Assembly: GCF_038025025.1 (NCBI RefSeq) | Contig: NW_027117343.1 | Location: 2,294,001-2,358,000 of the forward strand | DNA from: Phyllosticta citribraziliensis | Lineage: Eukaryota | Reading direction: 5' to 3' | DNA: 64,000 nucleotides | Shown: positions 20,670 to 34,328 of the stretch, piece after piece | Layout of the letters: each line of letters begins with the position of its first letter | Position numbering within the stretch: position 1 is the first letter of the stretch | Notes under the pieces: generated by a model | The model's input: the letters and a program-made list of their open reading frames with translations, nothing else | Told to the model about the DNA's origin: nothing | Database searches by the model: none | Program-made: the position numbers and the translations under genes

Positions 20670-22379
20670 TCAAGGGGACAGGCCCACATCGTCGTCGATG
20701 GCATCACTAATGATCTGAGTCGAGAGGCCGAAATCCCTGAACCGCGACGGAGTCGTCGACGTCGTTGTGGTCGTCGACCTCAGGTCTGGCCGCGTCCACG
20801 GCTTGTTCGCAGCCGCAGATGCAGACGGCGAGACGCTGGGCGACGGCCGTGATTCGCCTAGGCGCGCCGAGAGCTTCTTGACCGGTGGAAGAGGCGACGA
20901 GGTTCTCTCGTCATGGATTTTCCGCTTCGAGCAAGGGAGCGCGGGCGAAGGCTTCTTGAATCCCGGACTTTCGTACATTTTGGGAAAGGTGGCTGATATA
21001 TTTGGTTCCCTTCGAGGACAAGGGGTGATTGCGTCATCATAGAAGCTAGAGCTCTTGTCGATATTCGCGGCGCTCTTGGACGTTGCCAATGGCGACGGCC
21101 GACTCCGAGTCATCTTCGTATGCGTGCTTGGGTGTGGAGCTGGTTTGGAGGATTCAATTGAACCGCTGAGACGTGATTGCTTGACGGCGTCAAAACTCCG
21201 AGGGTCCGACGTCGATTTCACATGGAAAGGAGGGGCGCCATGCGGACGTCGAGGCTGTTGTTGCGGACGAGAGCGGCTCGCGGGAACCAGGGCTGGCTGG
21301 GCAGCTCGTGAGCTTAACTCAATCTCGCGCCGCTCCTCCGCCTCAAGGTCATCTTTAATAAAGTTGCCAACTGACTTTTCAGATTGGGGCGGTCTGGGAG
21401 GTGTGAGTTCGCGCTGAATCTGACTGTTGCTAGGAAACAGATCATCCAAACAGTCAATGTCAATGGCAGCCAATGGATCGTCGTCGACCTGGGTCAAGCT
21501 GTGGACTTTTTCATTGCAGTGCTCCGTCCTTTCGAAGCTCAAATGGGCTGGCTCCGACTCCGATCGCACCCGTTCACATGGGCTAGCCGGCTCGTGGAGC
21601 ATTGGCATCGGCACTTGGGAGCATTGCCGAGCTGCTTGAGAAGTTGGTGTTTTGCCTTTCAGCGCACTCAAGATGGTCGCATCATCAAGCGTGTCATCCC
21701 ACATGTCTGATTGGCTGCTTTTCGCGCCGGGAGCGTTTTGTTGAATAGCATCTTGTTGCCCGCAAGGTGTATTGGAAGGGGTCTCGCCCCGCGGGTGCAT
21801 TGGGTTTGCGACGCTCTGCATGGTCGTTGAGGCTTCTCCGGCCCGTGTTTGTGGGATGGGAATAGCAAGGTTTCCCGGGCGCTTTTCAGGAGTGTGCGGC
21901 GCCGGACCAGCACAACCCTCTCCTCTACCACCAGCATCCTGACTGTGAACCGAGGCATCCAAAGGACTTGAATTCCAGTAGTATTCGTCGCTATCGAGCA
22001 AGCCATCGTCCTGCAGCAAATCTTCGGCCGGTGCATCCACAATGTCGTTGTCGCGTTCAGGTTGTTGTTGCTTTTTGCCCAGCCCAAGGAAACTCTCCAT
22101 AGCGCCCTTGAGCTGCTTCTGAGTGTGATTGAACCCCGCGAGCTGAGTCGCGCGTCCAACGCCCATGCTCCTGCGAGTCTCCTTCTCACGCGCCTCCTTC
22201 TCTCGCCGCTTCTTTTCCGCATCTTTACGTCGCCGCTCGCGCTCCTTGATCCCCTCTGCGCGCCGGTCGAGCTCAATGCCGCGCTCTAGCTGACGCTTAT
22301 CCTTTTCCGACACGCGTGGTCCGTACTTCTTGTAATCGGCTTTGGCCTGCTTCAGGGTCTGTTTGATGGTAGGTGGCAT
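20670..22379 (-). CDS. Hypothetical protein (569 aa): charged coiled-coil N-terminus, disordered remainder
   Basis: Long ATG-started ORF; ordered-looking N-terminus (KQAKADYKKYGPR...QLAGFNHTQKQLKGAMESFL) and short motifs FPSNSQIQREL and FGLSTQ. Confidence 0.8.
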   Translation of the reverse strand: MPPTIKQTLKQAKADYKKYGPRVSEKDKRQLERGIELDRRAEGIKERERRRKDAEKKRREKEAREKETRRSMGVGRATQLAGFNHTQKQLKGAMESFLGLGKKQQQPERDNDIVDAPAEDLLQDDGLLDSDEYYWNSSPLDASVHSQDAGGRGEGCAGPAPHTPEKRPGNLAIPIPQTRAGEASTTMQSVANPMHPRGETPSNTPCGQQDAIQQNAPGAKSSQSDMWDDTLDDATILSALKGKTPTSQAARQCSQVPMPMLHEPASPCERVRSESEPAHLSFERTEHCNEKVHSLTQVDDDPLAAIDIDCLDDLFPSNSQIQRELTPPRPPQSEKSVGNFIKDDLEAEERREIELSSRAAQPALVPASRSRPQQQPRRPHGAPPFHVKSTSDPRSFDAVKQSRLSGSIESSKPAPHPSTHTKMTRSRPSPLATSKSAANIDKSSSFYDDAITPCPRREPNISATFPKMYESPGFKKPSPALPCSKRKIHDERTSSPLPPVKKLSARLGESRPSPSVSPSASAAANKPWTRPDLRSTTTTTSTTPSRFRDFGLSTQIISDAIDDDVGLSP

Positions 22380-23247
22380 GACGGTGGGTGTCGCGCTGGT
22401 GGCGTATGAAGTGAGCGAGGGTGAGGCGGTCCGGAGTCAGTGTCTTTCATCCTGGCGCGATGGCCATGGCAGCCCGATCCGTATCTTCGATGGGCGACGT
22501 CGAACAGAGTGTTTGGTTTAGGAACGCGACGGTCGTGTTTGAGGTGCAGCGTCCCGGTGGCGTGGTAACCAACGGCTCAGATCAGGTCGCCAAACAGTCG
22601 CGTCGACACGTGCCTGGGAGGATCCCCGACGGAAATTCGCCCGCGACGCTGCCTGGTAGCACCCTGCAATGCGGAGAACACCAGCTCGCTCCCTCCATCG
22701 CTCCCTCCCGCTATCACTCCATCCCACCACCATTTTCTCACCTTTACGACTACCTCCCACTCCCATCCCGCGTGCCCAGAACATGCGGCATAATCTCGAT
22801 CTCTCTGCTCCGTCATGCGCATAGCCGTGCAGACGACAGACCGCACAAGCCTCGACTGCCACTAAAAGCCACCAAAGTCATCCGTCACGAAGCAAACCGG
22901 GAAGACTCTGTCAGCAGTGCGAAGAAGTACCACCCATCGCAAGCATCATGTGCAATTGGCTTGACTCGGGGCGCAGGCATGAATCGATCTGGCGGCACGG
23001 GAGTGCCTCTTTGGGGTCCACCGAGTCAGACGGAAGCTTGGAAGCTTTATTGATTCTGAGGCTCTTCGGGAGAGCTGAATGTGGAAGTTTGGGCGAACAC
23101 TGAACGCTGACTATCAAACGGAGAAAGTTGTGGCTTCAGGTACATGCTTCACGCGTCACTTTTGTGGATTGAGCTTGACAATAGCCGTGATGAGACTTTG
23201 ACGACTTGTTAATCTCCCGTCTAAAGACTTGGAGATTTGCAAAGCCG

Positions 23248-23427
23248 CAGTGGTTGTCGAAAGAAACAAGACTCCCTACAGTGGGTCCGGCTACCGCAGT
23301 GATCGACCGCTCCTTAAGCTCAACTAAGCAGCGAATGAATGCTCCATAAGCGCAACTGTAGCAGCTAACGAACGCTCCCTAGGCGCACTCGCATTGCCAC
23401 GGGTCCCATTTCTAACAACACTCACTA
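23248..23427 (+). mobile_element. MITE copy with 3 internal units (~180 bp)
   Basis: Left TIR CAGTGGTTGTCGAAAGAAACAAGACTCCCT; degenerate right TIR GTCCCATTTCTAACAACACTCACTA; three internal GCTCC(C/A/T)TA cores 32-33 bp apart. Confidence 0.7.
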
Positions 23428-23565
23428 CGAAGCCAAGCGGATTCATACTACCTCACAAGGACACGACAGCAACACTCTGCAAAGAGACCCATGATTTAGA
23501 GATCAAGATCGATGGTGTTGCGATCTGTGGTCGCCAACGCCCGTCGTCAGACCAATTTCCCCCAA

Positions 23566-24692
23566 CTACTCAGGCCTGCGGCCATATACAACATGTCTGA
23601 ATACTGCGTCAGAGCACAGTTCCCTCAAACAAGCTAGTCCAATACTTGCACATGATGATATGCCCTGATGCCTTTATGCCTGAGCGCATGCAGCAGCTTG
23701 GCCTTGAATTCCTGGACCTCCTGATAGGACCACTGATCACAGCAACAGCTAGTTAGCACACACGACTGGGACCCTCTCTCTGACAGGTCACGACAATCCA
23801 AAGAACTCACCCCCAGGTTCCTCGTCAACAACGCCATGACCCACCCTTCTATACCGGCCTCCCAATTGCGCAGATTCCAGCGCCCAATCTCCTTTGCGTG
23901 CTCGCCCTCATCCCACGCGCCATTGGGCCACCGAAACCGACGCTCAACAAGATCGACGAATCCAGCCTCTCCAACCAAATCCACCATGGTCTCCCCAATC
24001 TGCATCGTCTTGCCCATGCGGTCTCCACCCTCGGCGAGGCATTGGCGAAACAGGCCCAGCAACTCCTGCACCTCTGGATCGTCCGACGGCGAGAAAATGT
24101 GCACGCCGAATTCGAGCTGCTCGACGAAGCCGCCGCCCGCATGCGGGTGCCGCCGGCGCTCGCGGTAGAAGTGCGGCCAGTCGGCCACGCTGCCCAGCAA
24201 CCCCCGCACGTGGATTAGGTCGAAGCTGGCTTCCGGGTGTGTCCACTCAGCATTGCAGTCGTCGATTTCGAAGCGCACGTTGGGCGGCGCGAAGAGCACT
24301 TGTGTTGGCGAGAGATAAGTGTCTGGTAAAGGATAGCTTTGTAAGCATTGACTGGCGGAATGAGTGTAATTGGAGTATGGGGGAGAGTAGGTCATGTTGT
24401 TTTCCGATTACTTCGCATGCTGGGTACCAATCCGCCATGTCAATGGCCCACGGGCCAGTGCCTGTGCCTACGTCGAGCACGCCCTGAGCGTCGGCCAGCG
24501 GCGCCAGGAATAAGGCATCGTTGAGCGTCAGCAGCCACAGGTGATTTCTGTTGAGCTGGGTGATGAGCAAGAGAGTCCACATTGCATCCATATCGAGCAT
24601 CCATCCCCACCACCGCCACCGGCCAATGTGCACAGCCACAGCAGCGGAAGCCGGCGGGCGGTCCGAATATAGCTACATGGCCCAAGACCACA

Positions 24693-24732
<40 letters not shown>

Positions 24733-24780
24733 AGTATCGTTGACGCCTACGCCGGAGAGTCCGAGGCCCCACAGCGGCGA
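23566..24780 (-). pseudogene. LaeA-like/TAM-type SAM-dependent methyltransferase pseudogene (5' boundary approximate)
   Basis: [56 protein letters not shown], terminal VVYGRRPE*. Lesions: donor at 24404 reads GA not GT, GTDLSP reads DTYLSP, in-frame TAG after the poly-Ser tract, and no ENGRTYH-type segment. Confidence 0.7.
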
Positions 24781-26096
24781 CGCGTCTGACAGTCGACCAG
24801 GGACAGGGAACAAGGAAAAAGGAAGACGCGCTCGATGTTGCCGGCCTCTGCCTGCCGCTCGTCGTTGGGCTGGTAGTGTGCTCCGTCTCCTAGCTCGCCA
24901 CGGGGCGCCGACGCCGCCCGCTCGTCAGCTCATCGTCCGTCACACGCGCACATACCGCGTTGGGCCAGACAGGCGATCATTCGGGTCGCCACGAACGCAA
25001 AACGTATGTATGGTCGTAAAGAGGCATGGGCGGGAGTCCGCCACTCTGGTGCCGAGCAGTGGGGCCGAATTCAATAGTCGTGGAGGTCGACGGAACGGCC
25101 ACGCCGGCGATGGACAACACGGAAAATAACTCACGGTACGCGTGGTAGCGTCGTCCGTTCTCGTAGCGATACGTCGAAATGCTCGAAGCTATGGTGCGGA
25201 CCCTCTGGCGGCGTTAGTTGTTCCCGTCGTCTTGGTTTTGCTTTTTTCTTTTTTCTGCCCTCGCATTCGGTCCTATCGAACCCTACCTCAGGGCAGCGAG
25301 ATTCACCATGGAGAAGTAAATAGCGTCGTCCTCGTGCTTGTTTCTTTTCTCTTCTTTCCTTTTGGCGGGTAAAGAAAAAGAAAAAATCATTAAAGGAAGG
25401 AAAGGAAGACGGTTAGTCTTAGCTCGGCCAAGGCGGCTCTGCTGCAACGGCTGCGCCATAATGCGCGTCATCTGGACAGTGCAGTTGTGGTGGCTGCCCA
25501 GCGCCATGCCCAGTGAAGAATTTCTCAAACTACCATGCAGGAATTTTATGCAGACAAACGAGATGTGAACAGCAAGCAAGAAAGGAGGGGGGGGAAAAAA
25601 AAGGAGAGGGAAAAGACAGTCAGGGACTTGAAAACCAGAACTATACGAGACGCCCAACTTCGAGGGTGTGCAGCGTGACGTGCAAACGGGGACCAGGCTA
25701 GCGGCGGGGAAGCGGGGAACAGGGTAGCAGTGTGGAGAAACAAGAAAAGCAGGGAGGGAGGGAGCAAGGAAAGGCAAGGGGAAGAAGACCGCTGTCGCGT
25801 GTGCCCGACCTCAGGCCAGGAAGACGACAGAATACGGAATGTGCTCACGAGGTAAGTGTCCGGTTGTCCTCATGATCATGGCGGTGGTGATTGTCGGCAA
25901 CCTGTTTGAGGAGGAGGTTTGTTTTATCATTGACGGTTGCTGCGTGGTGGGTGGTTTCAGGCAGGCAGCTTGCCGCAAAAAATGGTGTATGGTGGTGTGG
26001 GATGAGGTAACGTGGGGTTGGTGGTTGTGGTATGTGAGGAAGAGGCTGACGATGTGATCGATGGAAAGGACTGGCGCTGCTTGACTCGCACATGTA

Positions 26097-26240
26097 CAGT
26101 AGGTGTCGAAAGAAATGAGACTTCCTGAGTCTGGCTGCAGCAGTGAACGACTGCTCCCTAAGCGTGACTGTGGTAGCGAATGAATGCTCCCGAAGTGCAC
26201 TCGTACTGCCAAAAGGTCTTATTTCTTTCGTTTTGTGCAG
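26097..26240 (+). mobile_element. MITE copy with 2 internal units (~144 bp), outer right TIR eroded
   Basis: TA|CAGTAGGTGTCGAAAGAAATGAGACTTCCT ... GGTCTTATTTCTTTCG; closely similar to the copy at 59280. Confidence 0.8.
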
Positions 26241-27028
26241 GGAATCAATGGCAGAGTGGAGGACAGCTGCGGGGATGCTCCATCACCCTCCACCCCACAA
26301 GCGACAACCAGCTTGCGGCAGAATGGCACAGCTTCGGCCCTCATCAAGCTCGCTCAAGCATGGCAGAAGTGGAAATGGAGGTAAATGTGTGGATGGAGAC
26401 GTGGGTGCGGCGCAGAAGGATAGAGAGGCCGACGCAACCGAGCATTGGTTGTGGTGAAGTGCAGCAAACAGGGAAGGTCCAAGAAAGGGCTCACAAATTT
26501 TCTTCGCTCCATATGACAGAAAGAAAAACAGGGCAAAAACGAGACGGGGCCTCACCATCTCGTCGCCGGCATGGTCCATGTTGTAGAAGTGCTCCGACGG
26601 AAAGTATTGCGGAGGTGTGGGAGCGTTCGTTGTGAGGAATCAAAATGGCGGAGGTGCCTCTCTTCGTGATGTTGGTTGTTTGTCGAGGAGCGGTGGCGGT
26701 GGCGGTGGCGGGCCAATGTCAACGTCAACGCAGTAGGGAAGACAGAGTGAGCGTCAGAGGTAGACTAGACTGGCTGCCGCGGGCATTGTCGCAGAGCCGC
26801 GGGACGGAAGACGGGAGGCAGTTCCCCTCTTACACCGCACAGGCGGGCGTGCCTGAAATGCATCCACGCTGATGTGGATGAGCGAGTGGAGAGTCGGTCA
26901 ACATCAGGTCGCTGGGGTTGGTCGATCTCCATCTTCCTCCGTCCACCCTTCAGAGGCCACGGTTCCACAGTGCACCACTGGCTACGCGCTGTTGCTGCTG
27001 CATCATGCCTCGACAGCGACGGTGGAAT

Positions 27029-27051
27029 GGGGGGGGGGGGGGGGGGGGGGG
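27029..27051 (+). repeat. Poly-G tract (23 nt)
   Basis: Read directly. Confidence 0.9.
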
Positions 27052-30000
27052 TTTGCCAATTGAAGCCTGTCCATGATGTGTGTGTGCTGTGCAGCTGCAG
27101 CACGGCTCTGGGGACCGCCATCCGCGTTGCAAGGAAGATGGGGGACGGAGGACCAGCCGGCCTTGCCTGCGCGACGGCGCACCGTGGCCTGGCAGCAGCC
27201 ATTGATGGATGGTGGCATAGAGCGGTGACATATCACATCGGCCAGCTCGACGACCAAGAAAACAAAAATTATCGAGGTGGCCCCGCTGGATATGGCGTGC
27301 AAACAAGCACCAAAGCCAGGTCGCAAGCCACTGGTCGACCTGTTGACGATCGCCGGAGCCGTCCAGCAAGCCAAACCGCATTGCCGGGACAGCAGCAGCG
27401 TGTCCAGCCAGGTCCGCGTCGCTCGACTGTACCGTACCGTACCGGTCCCTCGAGTCTAGAGCCCTCGCCCCCGGTAACGCCCATCCAGCCAAGGGGGTCC
27501 AGCTTCATGACACGACGGTCAACGGCCTTTTCTCTCCCTTTTCCACTCTGCATGTCATTTCATTCTGTCGATTTTTTTTTTTTTTTTCTTCCTAAATTTC
27601 CTTCTTGTATTTTTCTTGCCGCCATGACGGTGTCGATGTCTTGCTTTTGGCCTGTTCTCCGACCCAGCGGCTGTCTTCGCTGCCCCTCGCTGCTTTTCTC
27701 CTCTTCCCCGGGCACCCGGCATCTTCCACCACCACCACCACCTCCACCTCCACCAACGCACCACTGCGGCGACCTGCACGCTTGACCTTAGCGGACCCCA
27801 GTTCATGCAGCTTCGCTTGTCCCGTACGGTTCATACAGTACATACACGCATGTATGTATCGTTTTGTATCATGTAGACATACCACACACTCCCGGCTGGC
27901 TCACCGCGTTTTGATCTCTCGTCTCGATTCTCATCTCCCTCCATGTATGCAATGCAGTGCCGTTGCCGCCGCCGCCTGTCTGTGCTTGCTGCTGGTCTGT
28001 CTGCTGGTACCACCACCACCACCACCACCACACGCCTACATTGCCATTCCGCTCCCATGCCGTGCGGCAGCCCCCGCCGCGCAGTGCCCCCAGTGCGGTC
28101 AGGCTTGTGCCACACCCGTCGCCTCGGTGGTGGTGGACGCGCATCACGTTGTAGGTAGACAGAGAGTGTGTGCCCACCACCACCACCACCACCACCACCA
28201 CCATTACCATCGGCAGATGCCCCCATTCGCGCGCGCGCAGATGACCAGCTTGCTTGCTTGCTTGCGTGCGTCCCTGCCGAGATATGTAGGCTATACGTGT
28301 CCATCGTCATCTGCCCTTTACTCCAACCTACGTGTATACCAGCCAGCCAGCCAGCCAGCCGCGCATACGCGCGCGACGTGACACAAGACATTAATGTATC
28401 CGATAATGTATCCGATGACAACACTCACGCTGTCAATCAGTCTGTCAGTCTGTCAGTTGGACCCTTCCCCAACCACCACCATTGCCTACGTTTCTAGGTT
28501 AGCCACATCACGCAGACAAATATGCGTCGTGTGCACAAGATGCAGCAGCAGGCAGGCCTTGGCTCCGGGGAGAGACGGAGTGGAAGAATGGGGCCAGGCA
28601 CGTACGCACCCGAGGCGAAAAAGGGCGCCTGGCTGGTTCGATGATGCACCACGCCACGTCGTGTGTGAAAATGACTGCAGCGCGCAGCACTGCGCTGCGC
28701 TGCGCTGCGCTGCGCTGCGCTCCCCTCTTCGCTTCCCGCCGACCACGAGTGGTAGTTAGCGAGCGGTAGAAATCGTTGCTGACCAGTGAGTGGTGGCGCG
28801 GCAAGAGGGGAACAAGAGAGCGGCTAAGTACCCAGTCGATGGCGCAGGCGACACCACGGAGGATGGATGCAGGGGCACTTGATTGAAATCCAGCCCCAAG
28901 CGTTCATATGGGGAAATGGAATCCTGATGTATTTCTGCTGTTGTTGCAGTTGCTGCAGCCCCGACCATCCATCCAGCTCACTGGGGGATATTTACAGACG
29001 CCAAGGGAGTGGAAAGGGAATACCAGAGACGTTTGATTAGCCCTTCTCTCGGCGAAATTTTGGTTGCTTTTGGTTTGGACGTAGTCCGAAAGTGTCCGGT
29101 GTTCGCGATGACTGGAGATGAACGAGTCGTCGACCAAGGAGAAAATAGAGATCAGTGGACTGAGGAACACACGCGACACGACTAAAGCACCCGTGATGAG
29201 GTACCGAGTTCAGATGCACACCAAGGAGATAGAGAGAGTGGAAGAGATGCTGAAATATAGTCGAGTGACAGAGAGAGAGAGGGGAAGAGAGAGAGACGAA
29301 GTATCCCAGAAAACGCCGGCTTCCCCTTTTTTGCCAATGTGAAAAATAGGAAAAAGAGGAGAAGAAATCCTTGACCGTCTCTACTCACGCGCGTGTCGTC
29401 GCACGCCATGGTCTCGAGGCCACTATGTATGTACAGAACGCTTTCAAAGATAACAGCAACAACTACAGCGACGGGTTCCAGAGAGACTGCGCAATGATGA
29501 ATGGCAGAGAGAAGGAGAGGTGAAGCCGGATTGCAATAATCGCTGGCCGCTCTCAAACCACTCGCTGCACAGCTGGCAGAGAAGGTTTAGTATGACCAGC
29601 AAGTACGCGGACTCCCAGTGCCTCGTCTGTCGGCATGCCTTGGTCTCTAAAGCACTTGCGCATCGCTTGCTCGTACTCGCTCCATCGCTCGCGCGCTCGC
29701 TTGCTCATTTGTTTGCAACAAAATCGCTTCCGATCACGTCGAGGGAAAGCAGACTCCTTGACCGAAAGGTCGAAATGACGACAATGAAAAGCGTAGAAAT
29801 TACAGCAACGAGAACGCGGAGAAAGGAGAATCAACCCAAAAAGACAAGGGGACTGCAACGACCAAAAAACAAGAGCAAATGTCGTCGCTTCGTCCTTCGT
29901 GATACAATCAATATTAGAGGACCGTAGCCGACACCATTGAGACGCCAGAAAACCCCGCAGTTCCCTTGTCGCAATAACTCCAGTTCCCAGGCCGGATCTC

Positions 30001-30098
30001 TACTTACGTGATCTTCTTAGTATGGAAGCGTGGTGGAATGTCGATGTGGATGCGCGCCATCAATAAAGTCGAGTGTCGGTGAGGGGGAAGGATCAACC

Positions 30099-33090
30099 TT
30101 AATTGCCGCCGTCCCGTCCCTCAGCTTTGTCGTCTGCCGGTGGTTGATACGACTCTCTGCTCCCATTCGCCCGGGCCGCCTTTTCCTTTTCGTCTTCGCT
30201 CTGGCTTGCGCTGCCTTCTCCCTCCGTCACCATGCCATCCTTGGATTCTCTCCGTAGTCTTTCAGCCTTGTCCTTCAGGACCCGCGCTTCCTCCGCCGCT
30301 CGTTGCGCCCGCACTTGCTTCTTCCACATGCCTGCATATCGGCCCTTTTTCGCTAGCAACTCTTCATGCGTTCCTCGCTCTGCTACTCGGCCCTCGTGCA
30401 GCACTAGGATCTGGTCCGCGCGAGTGATGGTACTGAGACGGTGCGCAATCACAAGCATGGTTCGTCCTTGTCCCAGCGTGGTCAACGCATCTTGAATGTG
30501 CTCCTCAGTCTCAGTGTCCAGGGCTGCGGTAGCTTCGTCCAGCATGATGATCCGAGGGTTTTTCAAGATGGTGCGGGCAATGGCGACGCGCTGCTTCTCA
30601 CCGCCAGACAGACGCAAGCCCCGCTCGCCGACCTTGGTCTGGTATCCGTCGGGGAAAGTTAGGATCTTGTCATGAATGCTGGCCGCACGGCAGGCTTCGT
30701 AAACATCCTCGTCTGTCGCGTCAGGATTGGCGTATCTGAGGTTGTACATCAACGTCTCGTTGAACAGGACCGTGTCTTGTGGCACCACGCCAATGTGCCG
30801 CCGCAGCGAATCAATGCTCACGTCCTCAACGTCGTGTCCATCCACTTCGATGCGGCCGCTCTGAACGTTGTAGAATCGGAAGAGCAAGCGGAAAACGGTG
30901 GATTTGCCCCCACCAGACTCGCCCACAAAGGCCGTCGTTGTTCCTGGTTCGCAGTGGAAGTCGAGTCCCTGGAGGGCAGGTTTGCGCTCGTCGTACGAAA
31001 AGTGCACGTCCTTGAATCGAATGTCTCCTTCGCAGCTGGAAAGTTCTTGGACGCCAGGCTTGTCAATCACAGTCGGCTGCTCCTTGAAGAGCTCCAACAT
31101 GCGTTCCGAATTGATCATGGCGGATTGAATCATGCGGTAGAATGTGCCAAAAAAGTTGAGAGGCTGCTGGAGCTGGGCCATGTACGTGAGCAGCGATACG
31201 AAGTGACCTACCTGACTCTGTCCAGTCGTCACTTCGTATGCAGCGAGGAAGCAGGCAACCATGAGACCAAGCATAAAGACCAAGTTTTGCGTAATGTTCA
31301 TCAGGTTCAGCGAGAACAGAACCTTGTACTCGGCCTTTTGAAACTTGTCCACGGCTGACCTGTAGCGATTGAATTCATAGGCTTCGGCGTTGAAATACTT
31401 GACTGTTTCGTACGAAACCATTGAATCGTTCCTTCTCGGCGTTAGCCAAGAGTCAAAGAGAAACAATGAAACAGCACTTACTTGACGGCATCTTCCTCTC
31501 TGTCGGCGTTGACCATCTGACGCCTGATTTCGGCCCGCCACTGGGCCATGCGTATGGTCAAGTAGACATACCAGAATGTGACTACTGCCACGACGAGCGC
31601 GTAATACGCGTCGAATTGGATCAAAAAGTAAGCAATGGCTACGCACAGGTCGACCAACATTGGGACGACCTGGAACGTCACCTGCTCCAAAAACGTATTA
31701 ATCGAGCTACCCTTGCCCAGGGCCGAGAGCACTTCGCCGGTCTTCTTGCCGAGGTGGAAATCCAAGCTCAGGCCATGGACATGCTCAAAGGCGGCCACAG
31801 AAAGCTCCCGGTAGGAATACTGGCTGACGGGAATCCACAGCGTCGATCTTACGGCGCCGAGGAGGCCATTGCTGCCCTGCAGGATGCGGCAGAGTATGTA
31901 GAAGACGATGTACGCCCAGGGCATGCGTACAGGACCATCCTCGCCAGAGAGCACATTGGTGATCCAACCCACGAGCAATGGCACCAAGACGTTGACAGCC
32001 CGCTGCAGCACCACAATTACAAAGCAGGCCACGACCACGACTTGCAGCGATTTGTTCTTGGACGGCCACAAGTAGGGGAAGAAAACCGAGTAACCTCTCA
32101 GGTACTCCCACCAGCTTCTCGATGGAATGTTGTCCGGTCTGCTCCAACCAGCGGGTGCACCTTCGGTGTGCTTGTGTTTGCCACCGGTTGGCATGGATCC
32201 GTAATGGGTGGTACCATTGGCGTTTCCATTCTCAGTATTATTTCCCGCCAGAAGTGGCGCAGATTCAGTATCTGTGCCGTTTTCGGTATCCCCCCTGTGG
32301 CGGAAGGTCACGAAGATGACGTAGAAGCCGATCATGGAACATATCAGCAAGATACGCGCCATGTCTATAACGATCTCGACAACCTCCCACTCGGTCATGT
32401 TGTAGCGCAGGCTTCCACGGCGGCCATCGTTCCCGGCGCGAGGTTCGCGGTGTGCATGCGTGTAAAGCGAGAGCGAGGCGCCCCAGATGGCGACCTCAAG
32501 TACCAAGGCAAGAATCCATGTGGCGAGGTGGGACTCGTTTGGGGCGGGTTTGGTGTCGATGATGGAGATGAGTAGGAGTATGTAAACGAAGAATGCGCCG
32601 ACGAGGTATATCTGGCGAGGTCAGGTCAGTCAGGTTTGGAGCCAAAGCCGAGAGTAATGCTGCGTACCACGACGGACTGGCCGCACCACCAATGGTCCTT
32701 GCGGCTGTACAAGGCGTGGAAAATGACGGTGACTGCGTTGGCGGCAAAGGTGCCGGCAGCCAGGACAGAGAGCCACTCGAAGAGAAGCTTTTGGGCGCGC
32801 GGAGTGTCCTGGTTGGGATCCCGCTTTTGTTTATTCTTTGAAGCATCCCGTTTGGGCAGCGGCTTGCCTCCAGGACCGGTTAAGGTGTGCGAGTCGGGGG
32901 ATTCTTTGGGCGGGGCGGGCCTCGAGGATAGGGCGACGCTGCGGAGGCAAAAGACCAGCAGGAAGAAGAAGAGGAGGATGATGGGATATGCGTAGTGGAG
33001 GTAGAGCAGGGCGGAGCGAGCGACGTTATAGTAGTAGAAAGAATCGTCGGATTGGGAGTCGAGGACGAGATCGGGCGGGCGTAGCGGCAT
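30099..33090 (-). CDS. HMT1: Heavy-metal tolerance half-size ABC transporter (ABCB6/HMT1 family); introns 32667-32612 and 31481-31432
   Basis: N-terminal TM extension with LTGPGGKPLP; FFPYLWP, LSLDFHLGKKTGEV, Walker A GESGGGKS, signature LSGGEKQR, LDEATAALD, IAHRLST. Confidence 0.93.
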
Positions 33091-34328
33091 GGCGGCGGGG
33101 GAGGATGGCGGTTGTGGAGGTGGAGAAGGGGAGGATTCGGGGAGGGATGGAGAAGAAGAGAAGAATAGAGACGTTGGGTCAGAGGTCGGCAGGCATGACA
33201 GCGCGACTCGGGGGGTGTACCGGTCGTGTGCTTTTGGGGGGGGAGGTCGTGGGTTGCGGTGGGTGGCGTTTGGTTAGTAGGGCGACAGACAATCGCTCGC
33301 TCGCTCGCACGCACGCACGCACATGGATGTGTCGGGCTAGACGGCGGGCCCACTCGGGCGCAGCACAGCGCCGACGGACGCATGCATATCACAAGGCCAG
33401 ACCCATTTGTTCGTCTGTTCTCCAGACATCTGTCACAAGCTCCCGATCCAGCCATCCATCCTCCGCCGACATGTACCCTACCATCCAGTCATATTTTTAG
33501 CGGCGCCATCGTATACCGGTCCCCTAAAGTATTGTCTGTCGTCAGGCTCAGGCTCAGGCTCAGTGTCAGTGTCAGTGTCAGTGGTAGTGGCAGTGGCAGT
33601 TAGTTGCCACGCCGGCCGGGCCCTGCCACCGGCATCATGCCTTACAACTTACGGTAACTTGACTTGGACATGGGCGGCACGCGGCCCTGACTTTATATTT
33701 TTTCATTTTTCATTTTTTTTTCTCATGCTCTTTCTTTCGTTCGGGGTTTCTTTTTGGCTTTTGGATGCATGTTGCCCTGAAGTGCCCTGGCTGCCCTTTC
33801 TGCCCTCTCTGCTGCCCTGCCCTGCCCTGCTCATGCATCATCGTCCCACCTGCTGCAGCGTTGCTCCCGCGCCAGGGTCGCTGTTTGGTAGAAAACGCCC
33901 CGCTGACTAAGCTGAGTATGTAACCTTTGGGCTGTGACTGGCCATACCACGATACCTACATGTTCCTTGAGCATTCGGTTCAACCTCAGGTACTCGCATT
34001 GTTCGGCCATGGTCCTGTTTATTCGGGAATCAACACCAGCTCTTACGTCCGCAGGCTTTTTCCCGCCCGCCAAGCGCTCCACGTTCCCGTCCGTCATCTG
34101 CCTCGAGTGACGTATTCCACACAAACCCTTGCCTGCTCTGCTGTCCATGGATACGCGTCTGCCGCTGCCACCGACTGCATCCCATTCACCGCAACGACGC
34201 ACCACGACTGCCATCACCACCACCCGCCGTGGTGCGGCCATGCCATCGCTCGCCTCCAACTCCCACCATCTTCGCTCCGTTCATGCAGGAACCTAACCTG
34301 TCCGCGACCTCCCCGACCCTTCCCCGCC

